Assembly: GCF_001194135.2 (NCBI RefSeq)
Contig: NC_068985.1
Location: forward strand, 20,691,329 to 20,755,328
Direction: 5' to 3'
Length of the DNA: 64,000 nucleotides
Origin: Octopus bimaculoides
Taxonomy: Eukaryota
Shown here piece after piece: positions 48,421 through 61,134 of this stretch; the stretch's first letter is position 1, and each line of letters opens with the position of its first letter. Both the position numbers and the translations under genes were made by a program. The notes beneath the pieces were generated by a model. The model searched no databases. It had not been told where the DNA came from and saw nothing but the letters and a program-made list of their open reading frames with translations.

Positions 48421-49672
48421 AATTTCATACTAATGCCTACTAGAATGACTGGTCCTTTTTTGGGGACAACTTTAGGAAGACCTTTTCTCCAGGCATTCTC
48501 CACATTTAAAATTTTTCATAATAGTACTTCCATGCTTGTTTCTTTCCAGAATCACAAAATGCTGGTGTGCCATTATACATACATACATACATACATATGA
48601 GCATATATGTATGTGTGTGTGTCTGTATATATACATGTGTGTGTGNNNNNNNNNNNNNNNNNNNNNNNNNNNNNNNNNNNNNNNNNNNNNNNNNNNNNNN
48701 NNNNNNNNNNNNNNNNNNNNNNNNNNNNNNNNNNNNNNNNNNNNNNNNNNNNNNNNNNNNNNNNNNNNNNNNNNNNNNNNNNNNNNNNNNNNNNNNNNNN
48801 NNNNNNNNNNNNNNNNNNNNNNNNNNNNNNNNNNNNNNNNNNNNNNNNNNNNNNNNNNNNNNNNNNNNNNNNNNNNNNNNNNNNNNNNNNNNNNNNNNNN
48901 NNNNNNNNNNNNNNNNNNNNNNNNNNNNNNNNNNNNNNNNNNNNNNNNNNNNNNNNNNNNNNNNNNNNNNNNNNNNNNNNNNNNNNNNNNNNNNNNNNNN
49001 NNNNNNNNNNNNNNNNNNNNNNNNNNNNNNNNNNNNNNNNNNNNNNNNNNNNNNNNNNNNNNNNNNNNNNNNNNNNNNNNNNNNNNNNNNNNNNNNNNNN
49101 NNNNNNNNNNNNNNNNNNNNNNNNNNNNNNNNNNNNNNNNNNNNNNNNNNNNNNNNNNNNNNNNNNNNNNNNNNNNNNNNNNNNNNNNNNNNNNNNNNNN
49201 NNNNNNNNNNNNNNNNNNNNNNNNNNNNNNNNNNNNNNNNNNNNNNNNNNNNNNNNNNNNNNNNNNNNNNNNNNNNNNNNNNNNNNNNNNNNNNNNNNNN
49301 NNNNNNNNNNNNNNNNNNNNNNNNNNNNNNNNNNNNNNNNNNNNNNNNNNNNNNNNNNNNNNNNNNNNNNNNNNNNNNNNNNNNNNNNNNNNNNNNNNNN
49401 NNNNNNNNNNNNNNNNNNNNNNNNNNNNNNNNNNNNNNNNNNNNNNNNNNNNNNNNNNNNNNNNNNNNNNNNNNNNNNNNNNNNNNNNNNNNNNNNNNNN
49501 NNNNNNNNNNNNNNNNNNNNNNNNNNNNNNNNNNNNNNNNNNNNNNNNNNNNNNNNNNNNNNNNNNNNNNNNNNNNNNNNNNNNNNNNNNNNNNNNNNNN
49601 NNNNNNNNNNNNNCTGCTATTTCTGAACTTCGGTATGTGATGAAGCAAATGTTTTGCTGATCCCTTAATTAT

Positions 49673-49728
<56 letters not shown>

Positions 49729-50159
49729 ATGCATACACATAAAGTGAGAGAGATGGTAAATGGTGCATTCATGAATACACAGGTGAAACAGTATCAAAGA
49801 TATAACGAAACCTTTAGGTAGAAAGAATACTATTAGAGCATACTGCAAAGAAAGCTCTCTGCCCAAAAGATGGAGTTCACAAGTGGAACTTCTCATGCCT
49901 GACATGACTGGAGTTACTTTTAGTATTAAAGGCAACAACAATGCTTTTGCAGATATTAATTTGAGAGTTCATATACGACACAGAAGAGTAGAGAAGGCTT
50001 CTCTGAATTTTTAATCTATAATGCTATTTCGATGCTTTCGGGTGTTAAAAGAAGGTTATGAATTATAACTCTACCACTGGCTACACACACACACACACAC
50101 ACACGTGTGTGTGTGTGTGTGTGGGTGTAATTCTTACTATTTTTTTTATTGTAAATGAT

Positions 50160-50300
50160 GATACATTATTTACATTTGACGGATATTCGTCCTCATCTTG
50201 TTTGTTGTTAACACAACGTTTCGGCTGATATACCCTCCAAATATCCGTCAAATGTAAATAATGTAAATAATTCCTCATCTCTTAAATATAGAACTGTAAA
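50160..50300. mobile_element. Internally deleted Penelope-like repeat
   Basis: TTTACATTTGACGGATATT ... AATATCCGTCAAATGTAAA inverted repeat enclosing ACAACGTTTCGGCTGATATACCCTCC (the GAAAC-GTT half of a hammerhead on the minus strand). Confidence 0.62.
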
Positions 50301-51178
50301 TGATGATGTTTTCTCTTTTCTTTTTTTTTCGCTTCTTGCTTTACTGGATCATTCAATGACGTTAATAGGTTGACAGATGTAGAAACACTTACTGCATTAC
50401 TAGATCTATTTTAGATATTGTAGTTAATGTTAGTGTTATTATTGTTTTTTGTGATGGTCGTTGTTGGCAATTGTTTGTTTTTTTTGTTTCGTTTTTTTGT
50501 TGTTGTTCTGTTTTTTTCAGTGGTAGATGGCAGCTGATGTGGTTAGTAGGTGATTGTAGTAGCTGCAATTGTATCGTTGTCATTGTTGTTTCACAGGTAT
50601 TTCTCTCAAGCATTCAAATATTTTATGATATATTAAAAATTGAGCTGATGGCAAAATATTTTGGGACATTGTTAATCTCATCATTTTTATTTTATTATTT
50701 CTTTGAGAACAAACATTTCAAAGAGCTTAGGTTAATGACCATTAATTGTTGAGTACCATGTAGGAGTCTCAGCTCTATGGAACAATGTGAAGAAAAGTTT
50801 CACCATGTTTATGGCTAAAATTTACAGCTTGATATCTTGGTTCTGGTGACATGGCATCTTCATTTTCTGGCAGCACCAGAAAAATATCTAATTCTTACTG
50901 GATCACAGAAAGTGAACTTGAATAATTCACTGTGAAGGAGGAAAATATTAATGAACAGCCAGTCCTACAAACATGCCATTCCTTTGTGTATTGATGCATA
51001 GAAGCAAGCATCAAAATATCTATTTATAGAATACCAATATTCACTGGACACTTTCTAAATCACGAGTGCCAATATTAGGCTAAAGCAACAAGAAGAGAAT
51101 TTCCCTGGAAAAACAGAAATATCTGCTGCAATATCAAAGACTGTTGATATAGAGATAAAAAGTACAATGTATTTGTGA

Positions 51179-51660
51179 TCAATATAATATCAAAATTATA
51201 TGGCTGTGAGCTGGCAGAACCGTTAGCACACCAGGCAAAATGCGCAGTGGCATTTCATCCATCTTTTTGTTCTGAGTTCAAATTCTGCCAAGGTCGACTT
51301 TACCTTTCACCTTTGCAGGATTGATATAGGTACTACTTGAGCACTGAGGTCAATGTAATCAACTTACCCTCTCACCCAAAATTGCTGGCCTTGTGCCAAA
51401 ATTTGAAACCAATATAATATCAATTTTTATATAGCAGTGAACTGGTAGAATCATTAGCATGCTGGGCAAAATGCTTAGTGGTATTTCTTATGTCTTTATG
51501 TTCAGAGTTCAAATTCTGCTGAGGTCAATATTCCTTCCATCTTTTCAGAGTTGATATAACAAGTACCAGTTAAGCACTGGAGTTGATGTAATCAATTTAT
51601 CCTCTCCCCGCAAATTTGCTGGCTTTGTGCAAAAATTTGAAATCAATATAATATCAAAAT
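51179..51660 (+). mobile_element. Two head-to-tail family B SINEs bracketed by three copies of one target-like motif
   Basis: (T/C)CAATATAATATCAA at 51179, 51409 and 51643, with diverged SINE copies at about 51200-51410 and 51432-51645. Confidence 0.85.
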
Positions 51661-52170
51661 AGTTTGCAGGTGTGACACTAAACATATTTTATAAGAATTT
51701 TATGAGACCACTTAAAATATGAAAAGTCTTTTTAAAAATGCATGTGTGAAATATGGGATGAAATTTGTGTTGTAGCAACATGTTTCGAAGAATTACAGTA
51801 GATACTAGAGAAGTCAAACATCGGTGTTTACTTACTAACATCATCATGGTAGCGACCAAACTATGAGATGTTGTTATTCATTGCTGATCACAATCCACTT
51901 CACATTGTTTTAGCTTTTGAATGACACCACCCTAGGATTGCTGACTAGGTGAGCAATCCAATATTTACCCTGATTAGAAGGTTATTCCATTTACAGTTGA
52001 GTGAACTGGAACAATGTGAAATGAAGTGTTTTGCTCAAGAACACAATACGCTGCCCAGTTCAGGAACCGAACCCATGATATAGTGATTGTGAGTGCATGT
52101 GACCTAGTGGTTAGGACCACTAGGCCACATGCCTTTACACTAGCATTATATTATCCCTACATGACAAACA

Positions 52171-52554
52171 GGCACAATGGCCCAGTGGTTAGGGCAGCGG
52201 ACTCGCGGTCATAGGATCGCGGTCTCAATTCCTAGACCGGGCGTTGTGAGTGTTTATTGAGCGAAAACACCTAAAGCTCCACGAGGCTCCGGCAGGGGAT
52301 GGTGGCGATCCCTGCTGTACTCTTCCACCACAACTTTCTCTCACTCTTACTTCCTGTTTCTGTTGTGCCTGTAATTCAAAGGGTCAGCCTTGTCACACTG
52401 TGTCACGCTGAACATCCCCGAGAACTACGTTAAGGGTACACGTGTCTGTGGAGTGCTCAGCCACTTACACGTTAATTTCATGAGCAGGCTATTCCATTGA
52501 TCGGATCAACTGGAACCCTCGACATCGTAAGCGATGGAGTGCCAGTGCCAACAA
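52171..52554 (+). mobile_element. Young tRNA-derived SINE, family E, apparently full length
   Basis: GGCACAATGGCCCAGTGGTTAGGGCAGCGGACTCGCGGTCATAGGATCGCGGTCTCAATTCC (A box, anticodon-like arm, B box), then a CpG-rich unique body ending GGAGTGCC..CAACAA. Confidence 0.88.
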
Positions 52555-52944
52555 TATGAGAAGCAATCATCAAGGTGGTAGATTAATAGACTCAATAGTG
52601 TTGGGAAATTACTTTACAGTCTTTCTTTTAATGCTTAACATTCTGTGTTCAAATCCTGTCATGGTCAACTTTATCTTTCATTTTTGGGAGTCAATTAAAT
52701 AAAGTTATATTCAAATACTGGGGTCAATAGCACCAGCTGAACCCACTCCCTTCAAAATTGCTGACCTTTTACCAAGATCAGGAAGAATTATGAGCTCAAA
52801 TTCTGCTGAGGTCGACTTTGCTTTTTGTCCTACTGGGGTCAATGAAATATGTACAAGTTGATGACTGGGGTCGATGTAATTGACCAGCTCCCTCCCCACC
52901 AAATTTCAGGCTTTGGTGCCTACAGTAGTGAGATCATCATCATC

Positions 52945-53335
52945 ATCAATATTATTATTATCATTATTATTATTATTATTATTATTTGGTTTGACTTAGG
53001 TTTGGAGTTATTCCTGGTAGGATTTATGCAGGTAGCAGGTTACTATCTGTAACCTAAGTTTTCAGTAGTCTTTCAAGTGCTTAGAACCCTCCTGATAATC
53101 CTTGCTGTCCCTAAGAGACAAACTTTCTGTTGGAGCTCTACAGGGCGTTCTATTCCAATCTCCTTCAGCCATTTATTTATATCTTTGCTTACCAACAATA
53201 TCTGGTCAATTAGCCTTCATCTCCCCAAGTGTGTTTATTGACATATCCCAGTGTGTGGTTTCTTCACCATCCTCAAAGACCTTTTTCAATGTATGCTCAT
53301 ATCATCCCTTTTCTGTTGATATTTCATTGTGACAT
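52945..53335 (-). mobile_element. 3' end of an R4/Dong-like REL non-LTR element with (TAA)n tail
   Basis: Minus frame VSKDINKWLKEIGIERPVELQQKVCLLGTARIIRRVLST* (stop at 53073-53075), upstream KVFEDGEETTHWDMSINT, a short 3' UTR, then (TAA)n. Confidence 0.85.
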
Positions 53336-54252
53336 GTATGCAAGTCATGTCTGTCATACTTATTAATATGTATTATTTCTTAGCTAGGCCTGGGTTATAA
53401 GATTTAATGCGGTTAATTTTTCTTCCTCATCTCTACCTATTCTATCGTTTATTTATTCTAATTCATTATATGCCTTTAACGGTCTCTGGTAGGGAGGCTA
53501 CAAACAAGAATCTTTCTGTTCTTGCTTTGAGCCCTACACTTCTTGGCCTATATTGTGACATTTCCCCTTCTAGTTTCACTTTCTTTAGCTTATTCAGACA
53601 CAAAGTCACACACACACACACACACACACACGATGAGCTTTTTACAGTTTATGTCTACCAAATCCACTAGCAAGGCTTTGATTGACCTAGGGCTATGGTA
53701 GAAAACACCTCTCCTAGTTGCCATGCAGTAGGAATGAACCTGAGACCATATGGTTGGGAAGTTAATTTCTTAACTACACAGTCATACCTATACCTGTCAT
53801 ATAAATATATATGTTTGTATGTGTGCGTGCATGCATGTGTGTATGTGTGTATACATACATCCTTGATTTGGTGTATATATTTCATCTTGTATTTTATAGT
53901 TAAATTAATTCACCCCTTTACTTTTCAACCAATTATTCAAAAATATAACTCATATAATGGGAGAAAATTGCTGCTTTAATCTTATCAAAATTTTCCTTCT
54001 TCTTTAGATAAGAATTGCAAAAAATAAATACTACGATTGTATTGTAGCATTTTAATCTTATGTTTTGTTTATGTTGTTTGTATTCTGTTTTGATAAATGT
54101 TTTCCTTATATTTTTATGATTATGAACATTCCTTCGTTTACTTTTGAACTTGAATTGTTACATCACTGATCCCCTTCTAGCATTCTAGGAAAATAGTAGA
54201 AAAATCATTTGTAATAGTTTCCAGTTTTAATTTTTTTTTTAGTGATTATATA

Positions 54253-54655
54253 AGTGTAGGCGTGGTTGTGTGGTAAGAAGTTTGCTTCCCAATCACACGG
54301 TTCCAGGTTCAGTCCACTGCATGGCACCTTGGTGAAGGATCTTCTACTATAGCTTTGAGATGACCAAAGCTTTGTGAGTGGATTTGGTTGATGGAAACTG
54401 AAAAAAAGTCCATCATACATATATATCTATGTGTGTCTTGGTGTCTGTGTTTGTCCCCACCACAACTTCACTACCGGTGTTGGTGTGTTGACACCCTCAT
54501 AAATTAGCAGTTCAGCAAAACAGACCAATAGAATAAGCACCAGGCTTAAAAAAGAAATTAGAAGTACTGGAGACAATTATTTGACTAAAAATTCTTCAAG
54601 GCAGTGCCCCAGCATGGCTGCAGTCTAATGACTGAAACAAGTAAAAAATACAAGA
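54253..54655 (+). mobile_element. SINE family A, full length
   Basis: Head, internal TA/TG tract and tail are all present. Confidence 0.9.
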
Positions 54656-55299
54656 TTAGAGATAAATCAATTTAAAGTTTATTTTGGAAAATTAATGAAA
54701 ACATTATTAGTATCTTAGGCAAAGTTTGTCACATACATAAAACAAGGAACATAGTTATATTTATTATGTTTTTCTTTTAAATTTTCATATTACACATCAA
54801 AAGCTTTCTTCACTCACAACTTTTCTACTGATATAAGAATTAATTTGTGTGAGGTGTTTTTCTTTCTCTTCTCTTTTGTACTATTGCATTTTTATCAAGA
54901 TGTTATTTTATCTTATGTCTCCATTCTGAAGAATCTCCCAAGAATTGTTAAATTTGCTAAATTCAGTTAGCAATCCACAGATGGCATTGTACACAATATG
55001 TATTGTCATTTAAATGACAACTTGCTCACATACCTTCCTAATAGTCTATGGATTTCAAACATAGTTATTTTCTGGAAAGTTACTTTATGTTTGATTCCAA
55101 TCTTGATGCATTGAAATCATTTCTAGTAATTGTCTCAACATCATACTGCGACAGTCTGGGAAAATATATTTTTATTCATATTATTTGTCTGGAAGAAAAT
55201 TTCATTTCTTCTGTTTTCACCTTTTTTTGTGTTTGTGTTAGTATGTGTATTACTTAATGAGGAAAATAAAGAACAGATTATTATTATCATTATTATTAT

Positions 55300-56200
55300 A
55301 AAGGCAGCAAAATGGCAGAATTGTTACCACACCAAGCAAAATACTTAGTGGCATTTTGTCTGTCTTTTACATTCTGAGTTCAAATTCCACCGAGGTTGAC
55401 TTTACCTTTCGTCCTTTTGGAGTTGATGAAATACATACCAGTCAAATACTGGGGTCGATATAATCAACTATCCCTCTTCCCCAAAATTTCAGGCCTTGTA
55501 CCTATAGTAGAAACGATTAATATTCTTTTCTACTCTAAGCACAAGGCCCAAAATTTTAGGGGAGGTGGCGAATCGATTAGATCGACCCCAGTATGCAACT
55601 GGTACTTAGTTTATTGACTCCGAAAGGATGAAAGGCAAAGTCAACCTCAGCGGAATTTGAACTCAGAATGTAAAGACAGACAAAATACCGCTAAGCATTT
55701 TGCCTGGTGTGCTAACGTTTCTTATTTCTTTACTGCCCACAAGGGGCTACACACAGAGGAGACAAACAAGGACTAGATTTTGGGATCGATCTGGTACCAG
55801 ACAAAGATTCTGGATTATTTTTCCTGTTTTTCTACTCAATCTTTGAGAGCAGTAGGATTCAGTTTTAGTATTCTTGTTTGTGAGAGCCATCGAGTTTATT
55901 TCAGATGTTCTTGTTTTAAAATTCATCTCTGGCTAATTGTTGAGAGAACATTGGTGTTGCCTTGGTGGAGGTTTGTGCTCTCTGAATGCTCGTGTGGGTG
56001 ACACGTAAAAGCACCCACTACACTCTCTGAGTGGTTGGCGTTAGGAAGGGCATCCAGCTGTAGAAACTCTGCCAAATTAGATTGGAGCCTGGTGTAGCCA
56101 TCCGGTTGCACCAGTCCTCAGTCAAATCGTCCAACCCATGCTAGCATGGAAAGTGGACGTTAAACGATGATGATGATGATGATGATTATTGATGATGGTG
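55300..56200. mobile_element. Repeat stack: family B (+, 55300-55520), family B (-, 55535-55770), HINE-like 3' part (55776-55990), family C (+, 55991-56200)
   Basis: Each segment matches the respective family elsewhere in the window. The two family B copies are inverted relative to each other. Confidence 0.88.
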
Positions 56201-56878
56201 ATGATAATTATTTGTGGAGAAATCATCTGCAATTATTTTGTAGATTGATGCTCAACAGTGAAGTTTACTGTGATGGTATAATTCAATGGTAAATTTTGTC
56301 AGCTATTGCTATGGTAAACTTGTCCATGGACATAATAAAATGAGCTGAATACCTTCTGTTATCTGTGTAAAAGGAAATTCACAAATATAATTAGAAAAAA
56401 AAATAGTTACAAAATATTGTAAAAACCCAATAACAGCCCAAATGTGTATTATTTTATGTCTGTGTTCCTTTATGCATACAAAATCTTAGTATCGTCCTAG
56501 TATGAACAGTGTCATTTCTTTGGATAGAGTGTTTTGGGGTAATCTAATCTTGATACCATATGTAATTCTTGTATCATCTCTTTTTGTATATGCATGCCAT
56601 TTTCCAAATAATCCTTGTCGATCTACTATTATTAGGATATTTTCAGTCCCTATGCTCAAGATAATTCTATTTCCGAATGTTTATATTGAAGGTATATAAA
56701 AACTATTTCAGGGAGAAATTTTTGTAGTTTAAGGATGAAATTTCTGTTAACAAACAGGTTTTCTCTCTCGGGTCATTTACAAAAAGTACCTCGACAGTTT
56801 GTTGTTACTTCTATATCAGAGTGTACAAACATGTGCAAGAGTATTGTTATTCTGCTATTTTCAGGCACTGTCTGTGGC

Positions 56879-56926
56879 ATATGTTTGTACCATCTGTTTG
56901 TACCATATGTTTGTACCATCTGTTTT
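56879..56926. repeat. 13-bp minisatellite, about 3.5 copies
   Basis: AT(A/C)TGTTTGTACC units alternate ATAT and ATCT. Confidence 0.85.
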
Positions 56927-57199
56927 CTGTGATTTTACTAAAACTGGGAAAACCTTACAATCAATTGTTTCTTCATGATTAGCACATAGTCAACCAGTGA
57001 TCTAAGGTTTCATTTTTCATGTAATTTTTAGAAACAAGTCAACCTTGCTATCAAGGTTTGCTATTAAACCTAAGCAGCATCAAAGCTTGTGAAGTTGTAA
57101 TTAAGGATCTATGCTGTTAACATTTTTCAGCTCCGGCATTGACTCTGCTAGGTGTTTTTTTTTTTTTAACATAATTTGCTTTTCATCTTATTATGATGG

Positions 57200-57558
57200 G
57201 GTTGAGTTCCTTTCGAGCATTGGGCCTCATGGAGGCAAAGTGGCTGAGTTCCTTTCAAGTGTTCAGCCTCATGGAGGCAATGACCGATACCTTTGACATT
57301 ATGTTGTGCTTGAGAAGACCCATCAAGCCAAGCAAAATCACAGTCATGGCAGATTCTGATGCCACGCAAATGGCACATAAAAGCACCCATTACACTTTCA
57401 GAGTGGTTGGTGTTAGCAAAGGGCATCCAGCCATAGAAAACCATGCCAAATCAGACCAGAGTCTGGTGCAGCCTTCCAGTTTACCAGCCCTGGTCAACCC
57501 ATCCAACTCATGCCAGCATGGACAATGGATATTAAATGATGACGATGATGATGATGAT
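57200..57558 (+). mobile_element. Long variant of family C with a 42-bp internal duplication
   Basis: GAGTTCCTTTC.AG..TT..GCCTCATGGAGGCAA at 57204 and 57246, then the family C core and a (GAT)n tail. Confidence 0.8.
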
Positions 57559-57739
57559 GAGATTGTTGTAATGTATAAACAAGGTGTGGTTCCTGACCCA
57601 TCCAAGAGAACTCTTAATAAGAAGTGACCTAAGCTACCCATCCAGTTCTTGTCAAACATAGAAGAGTAAAATGATGATAGTGGTAGAATTATAGAAGCAG
57701 TAAAGTCTTAGATTAAATGCCCTTAAAATAAGAGCTAGT

Positions 57740-59500
57740 TTCCAAGGGGCAGGATGTAAAAGCCTCTTAAATCTGTTCAATTACTGCCAACTGGTTCAGA
57801 CTAGGTTTTCCTGTTCCTGAACTTTTGGCAGCATCCACCCAATATGTGTTGAGCAGCCTCTGATCAATAAGTTCACCGAGCCCCCTCACAAATCCTGACC
57901 ACATTTGACAGTTGGCCTTAACAGTTCGTAGGCAAAGTCATGCTTCTGCCTGTGGCCCAAAACTCCAGCTTGCAAATTTAATAAATGCCCCACTTGGAGA
58001 GCAAGTGCATCAGATATCACAGAAGCCATAGCCATAGTTGTCAATCATTGTTGAGTGTAGAGTTCATGTTCGGAGTATCAGTGAGAATACAAGTTTACAT
58101 GTAGTCACCAGTCACATAGTTTTCCTACAGAATAATTTTGAACCAGATTCAATAAGAATGGAAAATATAGATTTTATTTCTTAAGAATATTTGTTTGGTC
58201 ATATGACAGGGAATTAATCAGCTGCTTACAGTTTTAAAAAGTAGCTTATTTTCATTACAGAATACAAAATGATGATTATTGAATTTTGTCAGACAAAAGC
58301 TATCTAGGTGAGAGCATATTGGAAACTTAAAGTCACAGATATATTTATAGACCAGGTGGGCACTCCTATTGCTAAAGAATTGGGAAAATTCCTAATCAAT
58401 GGTGGTGGGAACTTATAAAGTTAAGAGTTTAAAGTAGAGTAAAATAGAGGAAGAGCTTATAACAAAAACAGATGAGATTTTTAACATAGAAGCAGAGGTA
58501 ATAACCACATGACAGCAGTTCTTCACTATAGATTATGACAGTTGTATAGTTAGAGCTAACGGAAGTTTTCTGGGCACTAGATAAAGAATAAATAGAGGTG
58601 TCAACTCCACTATCAAGTCTGCCGTAAACTGAGCGGGAGCCATGATGCAAGACTTCCAGCAAATAGCTGAATATTTCTGAGATCATGTATTAGTGGATTA
58701 CTGTTTGTTTGTGGTGGATCTAGAGAGGTGCTTTAGTTATATACAACATTTATCAACTAGAGATATGGCATTTTGTGACAAGATGAGTCAACAAGAAGGC
58801 TTTGCTGATTAACATTTCCAGAATTATTTACTCTGGACTGGAACAGTGATTATCCTACTCTGTCTCCAGTTCTAGTATACATTCTCCAAGAGTAGAACAA
58901 ACACAACTTCCAATGTTTTATTTATTTTGCAAAGGAGGCCATCAAGACTTCACTTGACTTTGTTAACTTTCAGTTCATTCTCCTGTTCTCCCCGATACAC
59001 ACTTTGTTTTTGATAAGCTCCTGAGGAAAAGCATGGCTGTTTCATATCCAAGATGTAGGCAGGGTGCCTAGAAACATTGATTCGAGCTTTTGTATAGTGT
59101 TCTCTGGTTGCCAGTCTTTGGTATGTTTTTCACTGTCTCATATGTTGAACAGAACCAACTAGTCTCTCAGCAAAAGCAATCTCATCTCAGTGGATTTGCA
59201 TGAGAATTAGTGACAGTCATGAAGTTACATGAACAGCAAGTTGAAAGATAAATAGAGGCAGTCTTGTGAACCCCAAGAGACCACCATAAATATACAATCA
59301 AGAATAGAAATGGCACATTTCTAAACAAACTTGTATCAAAGGTTGGTTAATGTAGCCAAGTTGGTATATGCCAATGGGACCATTTGAAGGATGTGATTCT
59401 GCTGGAGATGGTGTTAGATCAAGGCATAAATTACTTTAGAGATCTGAGCCAATTGGCAACTTCTGTTTGGTGACTCAAACTGCAAAGAATATCAGTCAAA
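57740..59500 (-). mobile_element. Heavily decayed non-LTR retrotransposon, probably Vingi/Ingi-like (I group)
   Basis: Fragmentary minus-frame motifs: ..ICFCYKL.. (cf. PISLLCxxYKL), VT.NAIS, and a C-terminus LLSKWAF...GLGELIDQRLLNTY resembling the recalled Vingi-type end. Many stops. Confidence 0.45.
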
Positions 59501-59540
59501 TCTCCTTTAAATAACTGCCTAGAATCTTAAATAAGAAGAG

Positions 59541-59905
59541 GACACACAGCTATGTGCTTAAAAAGCTTGCTTTGCGACCGTATGGTTTCAAGTTCAGTCT
59601 CACTGCATAGCACATTGGATAAGTGTCTTCTGCTATAGCCCCAGATCGAACATTAACTTGGGAGTGAATTTGGTCGGGGGGAAACTGTATTGAAGCCTAT
59701 CATATAATTGTGTATCTTTGTGGTCGAGCCTTAACTGCTTTACAACCAATGTTGGTTTGTTTACATCCCCACAACTTGGCAGTTATGCAAAAGAGAGTAA
59801 TAGAATAAGTACCAAACTTAAATAAGTAGTGGGATCGATTTTATTGATTAAATTCTTCAAGATGGTGCCCCAACATGGCTGCAGTCCAATGATTGAAACA
59901 AGTAA
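59541..59905 (+). mobile_element. SINE family A (diverged)
   Basis: AAAAGCTTGCTTTGCGACCG..GGTTTCAAGTTCAGTC...GGTGCCCCAACATGGCTGCAGTCCAATGATTGAAACAAGTAA. Confidence 0.85.
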
Positions 59906-60693
59906 CAGATCATGAATGTGGTTATGGCTGAAAAGCCTTTCATTATAAGTTTGCTCAGTAGACGTGTTTATATGAGAATTAGTATTGTAAAGTGAAAACT
60001 GTTTTTGTACCTTAGAGACGTAATAATATTCCAGGTAGAATGTCAATGAACCAGCTCTTCGGGTGCATTAACTATTGAAATGTAACTGCAAAATGTGTAA
60101 TTAATGCAACTCCGTGTTATTCTGTACTTAATTGACCTAATCATGTGATGAATATAAATGAGGTAATAGTTGCTATCAACTACTAACTTATTTGCATTCA
60201 TCATGTTCAAAATACTACAATCCTCTTTCAATATATTGCAGATTTATAATATATTCTGTTCATTCTTCTTGAGGAGATTGCTTAAAAGATCCATTATGGA
60301 ATCTAATATATGGATAGAGAATCATTTCATATCATCAAAGAACTTGCTTGAGTGTCTTCCAAGCATGATAAACTTGATAGCACACAGCATTTATTAGGTC
60401 GTTTAAGTACAGAATAACATAGAATTGTTTTAATTACCCAATCTACAGTTACATCTAATTAGTTAATGGACATGAAGAATTGATTCATGAAATTGTATTT
60501 GAAATACTATTGTAATTCTAAGCTAGAACATATCACCGTATTGAAATACTAAGTAAGCTAGAAATGCTGTTGCTCTTCATTATTCCCAGATCAACTCTGA
60601 TCAAACAGGCCTTTTATCAAAGGCCTTCCAACCAAGACCACTTCATATTTTAGTGCTATGTTTCAGATTACATTACAGAATGTGTGTGTGTGC

Positions 60694-61015
60694 TTTTTAC
60701 TGTGAATTGACAGAAGGCAAGTTCACACAAGGTGGGCAGAAAAAGCGCTTCAAAGATACACTTAAAACCTCACTGAAGTACTTTCAGATCAACCCTGATA
60801 AATTGGGAAATGCAAGCACAGGACAACCCTGTCTAGCATAGCTGCACCAACAGAGGTACCACCTCCTATGAACAGAATAGGATCACAGGAACTTCGTATC
60901 CAGCAGACCATCAGTGCCCAACATGAAGCAGAACCTTCCAAGCATACACTGACCTGATCGACCACAGCCAGACATACTGTCACCCATCTTTTTCTCCCAT
61001 GTGATGTCCTGGTCA
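60694..61015 (+). mobile_element. RTE (BovB-like) LINE ORF C-terminal fragment
   Basis: FYCELTEGKFTQGGQKKRFKDTLKTSLKYFQINPDK/WEMQAQDNPV*HSCTNRGTTSYEQNRIT. The GGQKKRFKDTLK motif is characteristic of RTE-clade elements. Confidence 0.9.
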
Positions 61016-61134
61016 TTGTAAAAAAACAACAGTCAAACATTATTACCATATATATATAGAGAGAGATAGATAAAAACTTACTTGGAGAAGGATGCATAGC
61101 GTTCGATCATATAATAATATAAATAATATATATA

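Noticed and set aside
52171-52240. tRNA gene
   Set aside because: The tRNA-like head lacks a proper acceptor stem and continues into a SINE body. The same holds for the heads of families A, B and D.
54975-55100. LRR-like HLNDNLLTYLPNSLW
   Set aside because: A single imperfect repeat between stop codons, with no splice support.
42470-57700. C/D snoRNA boxes (ATGATGA at about 42548 and 57670; CTGATGA..CTGA near 46630)
   Set aside because: No D box at a suitable distance with terminal stems, or the motif is part of a foldback element.
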